Assembly (NCBI GenBank): GCA_963767415.1
Contig: CAVYEU010000022.1
Location: forward strand, 15,885-79,884
Length of the DNA: 64,000 nucleotides
Direction: 5' to 3'
Source of the DNA: an uncultured Eubacteriales bacterium
Lineage (GTDB): Bacteria; Bacillota; Clostridia; Acetivibrionales; CAVYEU01
Part shown: one piece after another, positions 19,701-26,715 of the stretch
How the letters are laid out: the number at the start of each line of letters is the position of its first letter
How positions within the stretch are numbered: the stretch's first letter is position 1
Program-made: the position numbers and the translations under genes
The notes under the pieces: generated by a model
Database searches by the model: none
What the model saw: only the letters and a program-made list of their open reading frames with translations
Told to the model about the DNA's origin: nothing

Positions 19701-19799
19701 GGAAAAGAAGAAATGTTTGATAATATTATTGATATGAAAAGTAGCGGAGCGACACCTAAAATGAAAACATTATTGCAGGATATTTTGAAAGTCGGATAA
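16719..19799 (+). CDS. SNF2-family helicase interrupted by an intein
   Basis: The track ORF starts at 16626, but GGGGGGAATAGG followed by ATG at 16719 is the likely start. HQ..G, DEMGAGK[intein]TVQALTAME, LDESQKVK (DExx box) and QGEDRCMRIGQ (motif VI) give the SNF2 motif series. Confidence 0.85.
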   Translation: MIYAEQMGQWIKINFKADTATFKTIVTILKTINGKFFNPDKKFWSIPYSKKDEFESKFSKFLIIWADGRNTKGKKDWGVPCDSTIIPYGFKVKPFAHQIEGFNVMVSQKALILADEMGAGKCLDKHSYAQVNDEAMTMEELWEKYADTSTLTYDDEGGEWADSKEKLIVPSLNGEGKLVKQEIVRLYRQRVSENLTKVSTVGGYYATITKRHQLLSENGWSNKIGNFISGVSYLPEGNRKLDSDILELIAWSLTEGYERRQNAMIITQKDKELLRSLAALVCKIDFKYNLDISPQVKYSKNGCFQLYICGKKFKNFLVDMGYAWNTNSAHRSIPTIIQQLDNEHLALFLRHVFDAEGSVGKNLMEITLASEKMLNQIAYLLLRFGIHMTIHNKESMAYNGKRIKRTYFRGNICGDEARKFKELIGFNTGYKSRLLDELCDRPSNPNIDVIPTLKLLQEFKEVTNLPMLHFCTHAIYIKSQNCSRDSAKKVIALLDKIISGETLEKYKLLARSKWTDATLEAYEKLDINYVIEARNKIQNMLDKDLLYLKVTKVEDIWYDDYVYDLEVKDTHNFVGGVGGLMLHNTVQALTAMEARYLLGQIKRVLIITKASLTYNWQNEAAKFTRQKAVVLGGSKNERMKQYADLYYDKKTLFFITSYETYRNDYFHFQQFYWSAMILDESQKVKGWNTKIGELIHEIDADYKYALTGTPIINTPLEAYNILKWLGVEKRDWWTFRNRYAVLGGFNDKEIVGYKNLPELQQKIQNVLLRRLKEDVLDLPPKIRQVVLLEMTASQKKVYKNVKAGIINETLGAMQTGEIHPLVELIRLKQCTSSIRIFEGIEVSDDEHSVKINTLKEYLEDICISNKAVVFTQFKTVVKILLKDKEILKYNPAVITGDVHSAARAGENTSDRQRQVDKFQNDSSCRLFIGTLGSCREGLTLTEGNYVFFLDEEWAEAYNQQGEDRCMRIGQQKTVNIYRFRCKDTIDEIIGQVLLGKEEMFDNIIDMKSSGATPKMKTLLQDILKVG
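17082..18470 (+). mobile_element. intein with LAGLIDADG homing-endonuclease domain, inserted in the helicase P-loop
   Basis: 463 codons starting with Cys directly after GAGK and ending LMLHN immediately before Thr (the +1 nucleophile). Block-B-like TKRH, two LAGLIDADG-like blocks (LIAWSLTEGYE and FLRHVFDAEGSV), and block F/G VYDLEVKDTHNFV...LHN. Excision restores DEMGAGKTVQAL. Confidence 0.8.
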
Positions 19800-19816
19800 A
19801 AAAATATTTATACCTA

Positions 19817-19846
19817 CCTAAATAATCTGTTCTCAATATCGTATAT
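19817..19846 (+). promoter_or_regulatory. phage promoter motif CCTAAA-N16-TCGTATAT (copy 1)
   Basis: CCTAAA at 19817-19822 and TCGTATAT at 19839-19846, with an exact 16 nt spacer. Lies in the intergenic region after the helicase and before the 19895 gene. Confidence 0.55.
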
Positions 19847-19894
19847 CAGTCTGTGAAAGGCTGATTTTTTTATTATGAGAGGAGAATACAAACA

Positions 19895-20164
19895 ATGATA
19901 GTACGGTTAATAATTAAAAATGAAGGTGGCAAAGCTATTTCTTTAAATGATGGATTCCCTTATTCAGTAGGTGATTTTATTATTCTAAAAGAATTTCCAA
20001 ATGTTGCTTTTAAAGTTGTTGAAAGAAGGATTGAAACTGGAAGCAATAATAAAAATATTTATGTTGAGGAAATAATATTTCCATCCATAACTGTAAATTT
20101 AATTTGCGAAAAAGGCTATTTTATCCCTACAAACATTGATTTTGAGCCAAATGAAGAAAATTAA
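19895..20164 (+). CDS. hypothetical protein
   Basis: 89 aa ORF with a GAGAGGAG RBS. No motif recognised. Confidence 0.5.
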   Translation: MIVRLIIKNEGGKAISLNDGFPYSVGDFIILKEFPNVAFKVVERRIETGSNNKNIYVEEIIFPSITVNLICEKGYFIPTNIDFEPNEEN

Positions 20165-20184
20165 TAAAAAAATTTTATGGTCTC

Positions 20185-20214
20185 CCTAAAAAACAAACCA
20201 CCAACATCGTATAT
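20185..20214 (+). promoter_or_regulatory. phage promoter motif CCTAAA-N16-TCGTATAT (copy 2)
   Basis: CCTAAA at 20185-20190 and TCGTATAT at 20207-20214, with a 16 nt spacer. Lies upstream of the replication gene block. Confidence 0.55.
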
Positions 20215-20253
20215 ATACAACGCAAAACAAAAATACGAAGGCGGTGGTTTTTT

Positions 20254-20706
20254 ATGGGTATTCTTAGTGATATTATTTCTGGTTCGGTATTTGACCAAAC
20301 AGAGTTAAGTGAAAAGTTGGTATCCGACTATTATGAAACAAACGAACTCAAGAAACAAGCGGAAAAACAACTTAAGGAATGGAAGGTAGTAATAATCAAT
20401 GCTTTAGAGAAATTAGGAACTAACGCAAAAAACATTGGTAAGTTTCAAGTGCTAAAACAAATAAAAGACACATCTAAACTTGATGAAAAACTTCTTTTAG
20501 AATTGCTTCTCTTAAAATCTAAAGAAGATGAAACTTTCAAAAAAGGTATTAAACAAACTGTTGATGAGGAAGGTGTAAAGCAGCTTATTTCAGATGGGTT
20601 TTTATCAATGGATGAAGTTAAACAAGAATGCTACATCCATGAGCAGCAAATAGCACTTGTAATTAAAAATACATCAAAAAGCAAAGGAGGTGATGAAAGT
20701 GGCTAA
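20254..20706 (+). CDS. hypothetical coiled-coil protein
   Basis: 150 aa with a GGCGGTGG RBS and a predicted helical, charged sequence. No specific motif recognised. Confidence 0.5.
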   Translation: MGILSDIISGSVFDQTELSEKLVSDYYETNELKKQAEKQLKEWKVVIINALEKLGTNAKNIGKFQVLKQIKDTSKLDEKLLLELLLLKSKEDETFKKGIKQTVDEEGVKQLISDGFLSMDEVKQECYIHEQQIALVIKNTSKSKGGDESG

Positions 20707-20920
20707 AACCAAAGAAATTGTAGTATCTGTTGGAATAACTAAGGCATTAAAAAAAGAGTATGAATTTATTAGATTGGATGTTGGAATTACAAAGACTATT
20801 GAATCAAAAGAAAACCATGAAATGGAGTACGAAAAAGCATGGAATGAGGTTCAGGATCAACTTTTGTTAAAGTTAGGCGAGCTTCATGGCAATGATGCAG
20901 TAAATAAGCTTTTACCTTAG
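20690..20920 (+). CDS. hypothetical protein
   Basis: 76 aa track ORF. AAAGGAGG directly precedes 20690, so GTG at 20699 is the better-spaced start. Confidence 0.45.
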   Translation: MMKVAKTKEIVVSVGITKALKKEYEFIRLDVGITKTIESKENHEMEYEKAWNEVQDQLLLKLGELHGNDAVNKLLP

Positions 20921-20952
20921 ACAAACAATAATACAAGGAGGCAGTTTAAATT

Positions 20953-21969
20953 ATGAAAAAAGACATGGAAAAATCAAATGCAGTTAGGATTGTTAGTGAT
21001 GATGAAAATTATATTATGAATGAAAGTCCAAATAATGGGGTCACTATTATCCCAACATGCTTTATACGGTGTATGCTTGTTTCAGAAGGGGCAAAAAAAG
21101 TAATGAGTGCTATTTTAACTTATTGCTACGGAGGAAAAAAACAGGCATACCCAAGTCATCATTGTATAGGAGCAATTACAGGTCTTGAAAGAAATGCAAT
21201 AAGCAAATATTCAAAGGAACTTAAAGATAAAAAGTTTATTGCTTGGGAAAAGCGTATTAACTCATCTAATATTTATTATCTTCTTCCTGTTAGTGAAAGT
21301 CCGTATATTATAGCTTCAGATATTATTTGGGCAGTAATATCAGATTTACAGGAACTTGGGGTTTATGCACCCAAAAAAATCAAAGTAGCTGTTTCACTGT
21401 TCAAAAAGAATCATATTGAAGAATTTATAAAAGAGGTAAGTTTAAATATGGATTGGTCTTACCATCTTTCAAAAATCAAATCAGTAATTATTTATTATAT
21501 CAAGAAAGGAGATAAAGCTATGTGCCCATTTGAAGAATATACTTCTGAAGAATATGCTTTTGAAGAGACACAAGAAAATGGATTGAATTTTAAATTTAAC
21601 GAATGGATGGCTTATTTTAAACGCCAATATAATCTTACGAACAATAATCCGTTAAATGCATATAAATTCACTCTGGAGGACAGAAAGCATATGAAAACTT
21701 TGTTGACATATATGTCTCCAAATATTCTTTTCAAAGCAATACCCTTATTTCTAAAAGCGGATGAATATAGAGGAGAGCTTCGATGTCTTCGTATTATGCA
21801 GCAGCAAACAGTAATGCAAATTTTAGCAGAAACGGTCAAAGGTAATTTTGAGTCAGTTGATGATTATTTAAACCTCTGCAGAAATAAATCTTTACGTCGA
21901 TCTCCTGCAGCTTTTGAGCCAGATGAAAGTACGCTGCTGGATGAAATAAGAATGAAGAAGGGGGTCTAA
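20953..21969 (+). CDS. putative replication initiator / replisome organizer (N-terminal winged-HTH)
   Basis: 338 aa. SAILTYCYGGKKQAYPSHHCIGAITGLERNAISKYSKELKDKKFIAWEKR looks like the HTH of phage replication organizers. It lies immediately upstream of the DnaC-like loader and DnaB. Confidence 0.5.
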   Translation: MKKDMEKSNAVRIVSDDENYIMNESPNNGVTIIPTCFIRCMLVSEGAKKVMSAILTYCYGGKKQAYPSHHCIGAITGLERNAISKYSKELKDKKFIAWEKRINSSNIYYLLPVSESPYIIASDIIWAVISDLQELGVYAPKKIKVAVSLFKKNHIEEFIKEVSLNMDWSYHLSKIKSVIIYYIKKGDKAMCPFEEYTSEEYAFEETQENGLNFKFNEWMAYFKRQYNLTNNNPLNAYKFTLEDRKHMKTLLTYMSPNILFKAIPLFLKADEYRGELRCLRIMQQQTVMQILAETVKGNFESVDDYLNLCRNKSLRRSPAAFEPDESTLLDEIRMKKGV

Positions 21970-21971
21970 TA

Positions 21972-22688
21972 ATGACAGCATTGTTTGATAAATGTGAAAA
22001 CTGTTTTATAAATTACAGATGTCCAATAAGTAACGGCAAAATTCCAAAACCTGAGACCTTAACCTGTCATCATATTGATCGAATTGAAAAAGCTATGGAA
22101 TCATCCAATATTCCAGCTAAATACATGTATAAGACACTTAATGATTTTATTATCGATTGGGAAAATGCTCATTGTTATGAGATCATTAAAAAGTGCATTG
22201 ATGGTTTGGGGTATGAAGATTCTAAAGAAGTATTCAATTTAATTATAACTGGAAGAGAATACGGCACAGGCAAAACATTTTCAGGTTGTGTGATTTTAAA
22301 TGAATTTATAATTAAAAAGTATAAGCTCTTCGATCTCGAAAATCCAATAGCTATGTATGTAGATTTCTCAAGCCTAATGAAACGGATCAAAGATAATATC
22401 GACTTAAAAGACCCTAATCTTCATACATTCATTGAAAACGTAAAGACCTGTCCATTATTAGTAATTGATGATGCTGGTTCAACAAGACTTTCTGATTATG
22501 TTAGAGATGAAGCATTTGTTATCTTTAATGAGCGTTATGCAAATGAACTAAGTACAATTTTAATCTCAAATTTCAGTATTGATTATCTTAAAGATGATTC
22601 CGCTTTGACAGAACGCATAATTTCAAGGCTTTCTGAAAACGGCAATATTTTATCATTTCAAGGAAAAGACAGGAGGAAAACAATATGA
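21972..22688 (+). CDS. DnaC/IstB-like helicase loader ATPase
   Basis: 238 aa. Walker A is GREYGTGKTF and Walker B is LLVIDDAGS. An N-terminal Cys cluster is present (CENC...C...C). Coupled to the downstream DnaB by a 4 nt overlap. Confidence 0.75.
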   Translation: MTALFDKCENCFINYRCPISNGKIPKPETLTCHHIDRIEKAMESSNIPAKYMYKTLNDFIIDWENAHCYEIIKKCIDGLGYEDSKEVFNLIITGREYGTGKTFSGCVILNEFIIKKYKLFDLENPIAMYVDFSSLMKRIKDNIDLKDPNLHTFIENVKTCPLLVIDDAGSTRLSDYVRDEAFVIFNERYANELSTILISNFSIDYLKDDSALTERIISRLSENGNILSFQGKDRRKTI

Positions 22689-23929
22689 TAGAAGAATTAC
22701 AATTTTTAAATGCCATATTAACCAGCAAAGATGCTACACTACTAAAAAAATACGGTATACAACAAGAACATTTTATTATTTTTAGGGATGTATATGATTT
22801 TATTGTCGAATATAAATCAAAATTTAGAGAATTGCCATCTCTCGACTTAATTTTATCCAAGTTTAAAGATTTTGATAAAGTCGAAATTGATAATCTTGAA
22901 TATGTTTCAGCTCAATTGAAAAAACAAAGATTGGGAAATGTAATAAAGCCTTTTATAGAAAAGGGTTCGGATATATTTAATGAACAAGGGTTTGAAGATG
23001 CTCTGAATTACTTCATGTATGAAAGTAAAAATTTAAAAAAAGGTTTTGAATCTGTAAAAAAATATCCGAGCTGGGTTAAAGATGCAGATATAAGGCTTGA
23101 CAAATTTATAGAAAATTCAAAATTATCTCTTAATGAAAAAGGTATATCAACAGGTTTTCCTGCTCTGGATAAAATTTTCAACGGAGGAATTAAGAAAAAA
23201 GATTTAGTTGTAATATTTGCCCGTTTGAAAAACGGTAAATCTTGGGTTGGCGAAAGAATGGTACTTGAAGCTTTTATTAAAAATCATTCTCCTATCCTAT
23301 TTTCCCTTGAAATGGATGATATGAGTACGGGTTATAGGCTTGATACTCTATATCGTAATTTTAGCAATAAAGGGCTTATCTGCGGAGATTCAGAAAATGT
23401 GTCTGTTGAGGGATACAACGACTATATTAACAATTTGAAAGTTCAAAATCGTAAACTTTGGATTTTCACTAACCAGCAAAATGGCAAAAGAAAATGGACA
23501 GTTAAAGATATTCGCAGTATCGCTGAAGAATTAGAATGTGGAATGATAGCAATAGATCAGTTATCTCTTCTCGGTTGGGACAGAGATTTCAAGTCTCCGA
23601 CTCTAGCATTTCATCATATTTGTGATGAACTTAAAACTCTTGCAATGGATTTGGATATACCTGTTATTTTACTTGCACAGGCTGGAAGACAAGTTCTTGC
23701 AAAGCTTCGGGAAGATAAGAATGCAATGCCAGAAAATGAAGATTTGCAATGGGCAGATGCAATAATGCAGTACGCTGACAAAGGAATTTCTGTCAGAAAG
23801 CAAGATGACATTATAAAAATGAAAGTTACTGCAAATCGTGGTGGTACTGAAGGACAGAATCTTTACTTCAAGTGGTATTTCGACAAAGGTATTATCGAAG
23901 ATTACGACCCAAGTACAGCACGTATGTAA
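22685..23929 (+). CDS. dnaB: replicative DNA helicase (DnaB family)
   Basis: 414 aa. GFPALDKIFNGGIKKKDLVVIFARLKNGKS (Walker A region), FSLEMD, IAIDQLSLL and LLAQAGRQ follow the DnaB motif order. Confidence 0.8.
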   Translation: MIEELQFLNAILTSKDATLLKKYGIQQEHFIIFRDVYDFIVEYKSKFRELPSLDLILSKFKDFDKVEIDNLEYVSAQLKKQRLGNVIKPFIEKGSDIFNEQGFEDALNYFMYESKNLKKGFESVKKYPSWVKDADIRLDKFIENSKLSLNEKGISTGFPALDKIFNGGIKKKDLVVIFARLKNGKSWVGERMVLEAFIKNHSPILFSLEMDDMSTGYRLDTLYRNFSNKGLICGDSENVSVEGYNDYINNLKVQNRKLWIFTNQQNGKRKWTVKDIRSIAEELECGMIAIDQLSLLGWDRDFKSPTLAFHHICDELKTLAMDLDIPVILLAQAGRQVLAKLREDKNAMPENEDLQWADAIMQYADKGISVRKQDDIIKMKVTANRGGTEGQNLYFKWYFDKGIIEDYDPSTARM

Positions 23930-23941
23930 AGGAGATAAAAA

Positions 23942-24115
23942 ATGACAGCAGCATTTAGAGTTATTTATACAACAGATTCTACAACCTTAATTAACCATCC
24001 AATGGTTCTGAATGTAGAGACCGCTTTGGAAGCCATTAACAAGGTTTTAGCAGATGATAATGTCGATATTAATGAACTTATAGGTATTAATGTTCTTAAA
24101 TATGAAATTGAGTAA
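23942..24115 (+). CDS. small hypothetical protein (57 aa)
   Basis: Own translation: MTAAFRVIYTTDSTTLINHPMVLNVETALEAINKVLADDNVDINELIGINVLKYEIE. AAAGGAG RBS. Confidence 0.4.
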   Translation: MTAAFRVIYTTDSTTLINHPMVLNVETALEAINKVLADDNVDINELIGINVLKYEIE

Positions 24116-24164
24116 AAAATAATCTGTTAAATGCTGCTTACATTCCATAATATAACAAAGTATC

Positions 24165-24218
24165 AAAAAACAAGTTACAGTTTGTTGAAAAAACAAGCTA
24201 CAGTCTGTTGAAAAAACA
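24165..24218 (+). repeat. tandem 23 bp direct repeat (2.3 copies) AAAAAACAAGYTACAGTYTGTTG
   Basis: Units at 24165-24187 and 24188-24210, with a partial unit at 24211-24218. Each junction creates a TTGAAA hexamer. Confidence 0.8.
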
Positions 24219-24237
24219 TTTTTCGAGGTTATATAAT
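24208..24237 (+). promoter_or_regulatory. housekeeping-sigma-type promoter (TTGAAA-N18-TATAAT) upstream of primase
   Basis: TTGAAA at 24208-24213 and TATAAT at 24232-24237, about 65 nt upstream of the primase ATG. Confidence 0.5.
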
Positions 24238-24301
24238 TGGAAGTTGTTATTAATTGATATATTTGGAAACATTTAGCTAAAAAAGGAGGGGATTAAAATA
24301 T

Positions 24302-25291
24302 ATGAATGACCTAGAAATGCTTAATATTAACATGGAACAGTTGATTATTGAATTGGAAAAAGATTTTAAACATTGTATGACAAATTATTATGCGTTTAAG
24401 AAAATAAAAATGCTTGATAATAATGTCATGTGCTGTTGTCCTTTTCATACGGAAGATCGACCTTCCTTTGGTATTCAAAAATCTTATCCATATAGGTTTA
24501 ATTGTTTTTCATGCAAAGAAAAAGGGGATATAATTACTTTAGTGTCATATTGCCTCAAAATAAATACTGACGAGGCTTTAAAATGGCTTAAAAGATCATA
24601 CAGATTATTCTATTCAAAATTTCAACCTATAGACATAAGTAAATTATTTAGAGATGATTCGGTAAATAAACCTATCCTGAATGAAGATGTTTTGAAAGCG
24701 TATGCTGTAAAACCTCATCATCCCTGGATTTTGAAAAGAAGATTTCATCCAGAAGTTTTAGACAAATTTCAAATCGGATATGACAATAAATTGAAAGCCA
24801 TTACTATTCCTATTTGGGATAGGTGGGGTAATCTTCGCTATATCAAAAAACGTTTCATTAATCCCTCAAGTAATGGCAGCAAGTATTTGAATCAAAAAGA
24901 TGTTTATAAAAGAGATATTGTTTATCCTATTCATTTTATAAAGCAAGCCAGGATTAGCGATGTAATTTTGTGTGAGGGTGAACTTAATGCACTATCTTTA
25001 TATCAAGCTGGAATGGCTGCAGTTGCAATAGGGAGTTCAATGATAACGAATGAACAAGTTCAGGTATTACTAAAATGTGGCATTAAAAGGGTGACAATAT
25101 TTTTTGATAATGATGAGGCAGGTTACAAAGGAATTGATATTGCTGAAGAAAGATTATTTCCCAATTTTATGGTTAATCACATAGTATTTCCTAAACAATT
25201 TAATGATGCAAATGATATGTTAAGAGCCAATTTACTTAGTAAAGACAAGCTTTCCATAGAAGTTTGCAAACAATTTAAACTAACAATTTAA
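24302..25291 (+). CDS. dnaG: DNA primase (DnaG-type zinc finger + TOPRIM)
   Basis: 329 aa. CHC2 zinc finger CCCPFHTEDRPSF...CFSCKEKGD. TOPRIM motifs CEGELNA and FFDNDEAG. Confidence 0.8.
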   Translation: MNDLEMLNINMEQLIIELEKDFKHCMTNYYAFKKIKMLDNNVMCCCPFHTEDRPSFGIQKSYPYRFNCFSCKEKGDIITLVSYCLKINTDEALKWLKRSYRLFYSKFQPIDISKLFRDDSVNKPILNEDVLKAYAVKPHHPWILKRRFHPEVLDKFQIGYDNKLKAITIPIWDRWGNLRYIKKRFINPSSNGSKYLNQKDVYKRDIVYPIHFIKQARISDVILCEGELNALSLYQAGMAAVAIGSSMITNEQVQVLLKCGIKRVTIFFDNDEAGYKGIDIAEERLFPNFMVNHIVFPKQFNDANDMLRANLLSKDKLSIEVCKQFKLTI

Positions 25292-25307
25292 AAAAATATT
25301 TTATCTG

Positions 25308-25337
25308 CCTAAAGAAATGAACTTCCATTTCGTATAT
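25308..25337 (+). promoter_or_regulatory. phage promoter motif CCTAAA-N16-TCGTATAT (copy 3), upstream of the sigma factor gene
   Basis: CCTAAA at 25308-25313 and TCGTATAT at 25330-25337, with a 16 nt spacer. Confidence 0.55.
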
Positions 25338-25389
25338 GTGCAATATGAGAGATAAATACCAAAAAAATACTAATTTGGGAGGGCAAATA

Positions 25390-25971
25390 ATGAAAACCGA
25401 CAGTAAAAGTAGTTTTGGAAAGATGTTGCAGAAAACTGCACTAGAAGGAAATGTCGAAGAGACAATTTCTTTACTAAGACCTATACTAATTGGAAAATAT
25501 GGTGCTCTTTATCACAAAAGGTATAAACATGCGATTGGTATGGAGGTTGAGGATATTGTATCAATTATGGAAGTTAAAGTTTGGGAAAGCATTTCTTCTT
25601 ATGATGCTTCAAAAGCTAGTTTCTATACGTATATATCCAATATTTTGGAACATCTGTTTGTAGATTTGCAAAAAAAGGCATCTAATAAGGGTAATCAAAT
25701 GATGGCTAATGCAAGTTCTATAACTTCTGAATACTGCAAAGATGATCAATGGGTTAGTTTTCATGAAACAATTGGCAAATATGATCTCGATTTATACAAG
25801 GTAGAATTAGAACTTTTTATAAATTTGGGTCTTACTCCCAAAGAAAGAACAGTAGTTACTTTAAGGCAGAAAGGATATGAGACATCGAAGATAGCAAATA
25901 TTATGGGGCTTTCAGAAGGGAGGGTATCGCAGTTATTATCAAGTGCAAGGAAAAAATGGCTAAATGCGTAA
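25390..25971 (+). CDS. phage-encoded sigma-70-family sigma factor
   Basis: The track ORF starts at 25336, inside the promoter motif. GGGAGGG followed by ATG at 25390 is the likely start. Region-2-like FYTYISNILEHLFVDLQKK. Region 4 HTH LTPKERTVVTLRQKGYETSKIANIMGLSEGRVSQLLSSARKK. Confidence 0.75.
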   Translation: MKTDSKSSFGKMLQKTALEGNVEETISLLRPILIGKYGALYHKRYKHAIGMEVEDIVSIMEVKVWESISSYDASKASFYTYISNILEHLFVDLQKKASNKGNQMMANASSITSEYCKDDQWVSFHETIGKYDLDLYKVELELFINLGLTPKERTVVTLRQKGYETSKIANIMGLSEGRVSQLLSSARKKWLNA

Positions 25972-26003
25972 AAAATAATAAAAAGAGGAAGGTTGTGGAT
26001 TAT

Positions 26004-26630
26004 ATGATTCAAAAGGGAATAGATGCAATTAAATCTGCTGTTGAAAATTCCAATAATGGAGTACCTTATTTAAAATTTAAAGCAAATGAGGCAAAGGTTA
26101 TCAGATTTTTACAACCAGTTGAAGAATTAATATCCGTTTATGAGCATGTGGAAGAATTTAAAATTGGTTGGAGAACTATTACATGTATAAGGAAGGAAAA
26201 TGGATGTCCCCTTTGCAAAGCAGCATTTAACCCTATATTTCATACTTATATACCTTTAATTGATAAAAGTGACCAAAATAAAGTAAAAATATTTAAAGTA
26301 GGTGTAAAAGTAGGTGATCAATTTATGGGACTAATTAAGGAGTATGGGGATATTACTAAAAGAGATTTCAAAATCTTAAAGACAGGTGAAAAATTAAAGA
26401 CTCAATATCATTTTTTTGCAAAAGACCCATCACCAGAAGATTGGAGTAAAGTTGAAATACCAGATATAGAAAAGCTCGTTCAGCCAAAAAGCATTTCTGA
26501 AATTGAATCAATTTTGGCTGGAGGCGTTACTGCAGGAAATAATGATGCATATGAAAACTCTGATGATGGATTTAAGCCTGTTGGTAGCAACGCTCCTCCA
26601 AATGGAGGTAAAAGCGGGTATCCATTTTAG
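26004..26630 (+). CDS. putative ssDNA-binding protein, T4 gp32-like zinc motif
   Basis: The likely start is ATG 26004 after GAGGAAGG. H-x12-C-x6-C-x2-C (HVEEFKIGWRTITCIRKENGCPLC) resembles the gp32 His/Cys3 zinc site. An acidic C-terminal tail (NDAYENSDDGF) ends in YPF, similar to the SSB ...DIPF tip. Confidence 0.45.
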   Translation: MIQKGIDAIKSAVENSNNGVPYLKFKANEAKVIRFLQPVEELISVYEHVEEFKIGWRTITCIRKENGCPLCKAAFNPIFHTYIPLIDKSDQNKVKIFKVGVKVGDQFMGLIKEYGDITKRDFKILKTGEKLKTQYHFFAKDPSPEDWSKVEIPDIEKLVQPKSISEIESILAGGVTAGNNDAYENSDDGFKPVGSNAPPNGGKSGYPF

Positions 26631-26640
26631 TACTATGAAA

Positions 26641-26685
26641 AAAGGCTTACAAAAACTTCTGTCCCTTTTTGTAAGCCTTTTTATT
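26641..26685 (+). terminator. rho-independent terminator
   Basis: AAAGGCTTACAAAAA (26641-26655) pairs with TTTTTGTAAGCCTTT (26666-26680) and is followed by a T-rich tail. Lies between the SSB-like gene and polA. Confidence 0.6.
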
Positions 26686-26715
26686 AACTCAAATATTCTG
26701 TAAGGAGTGAATAAC

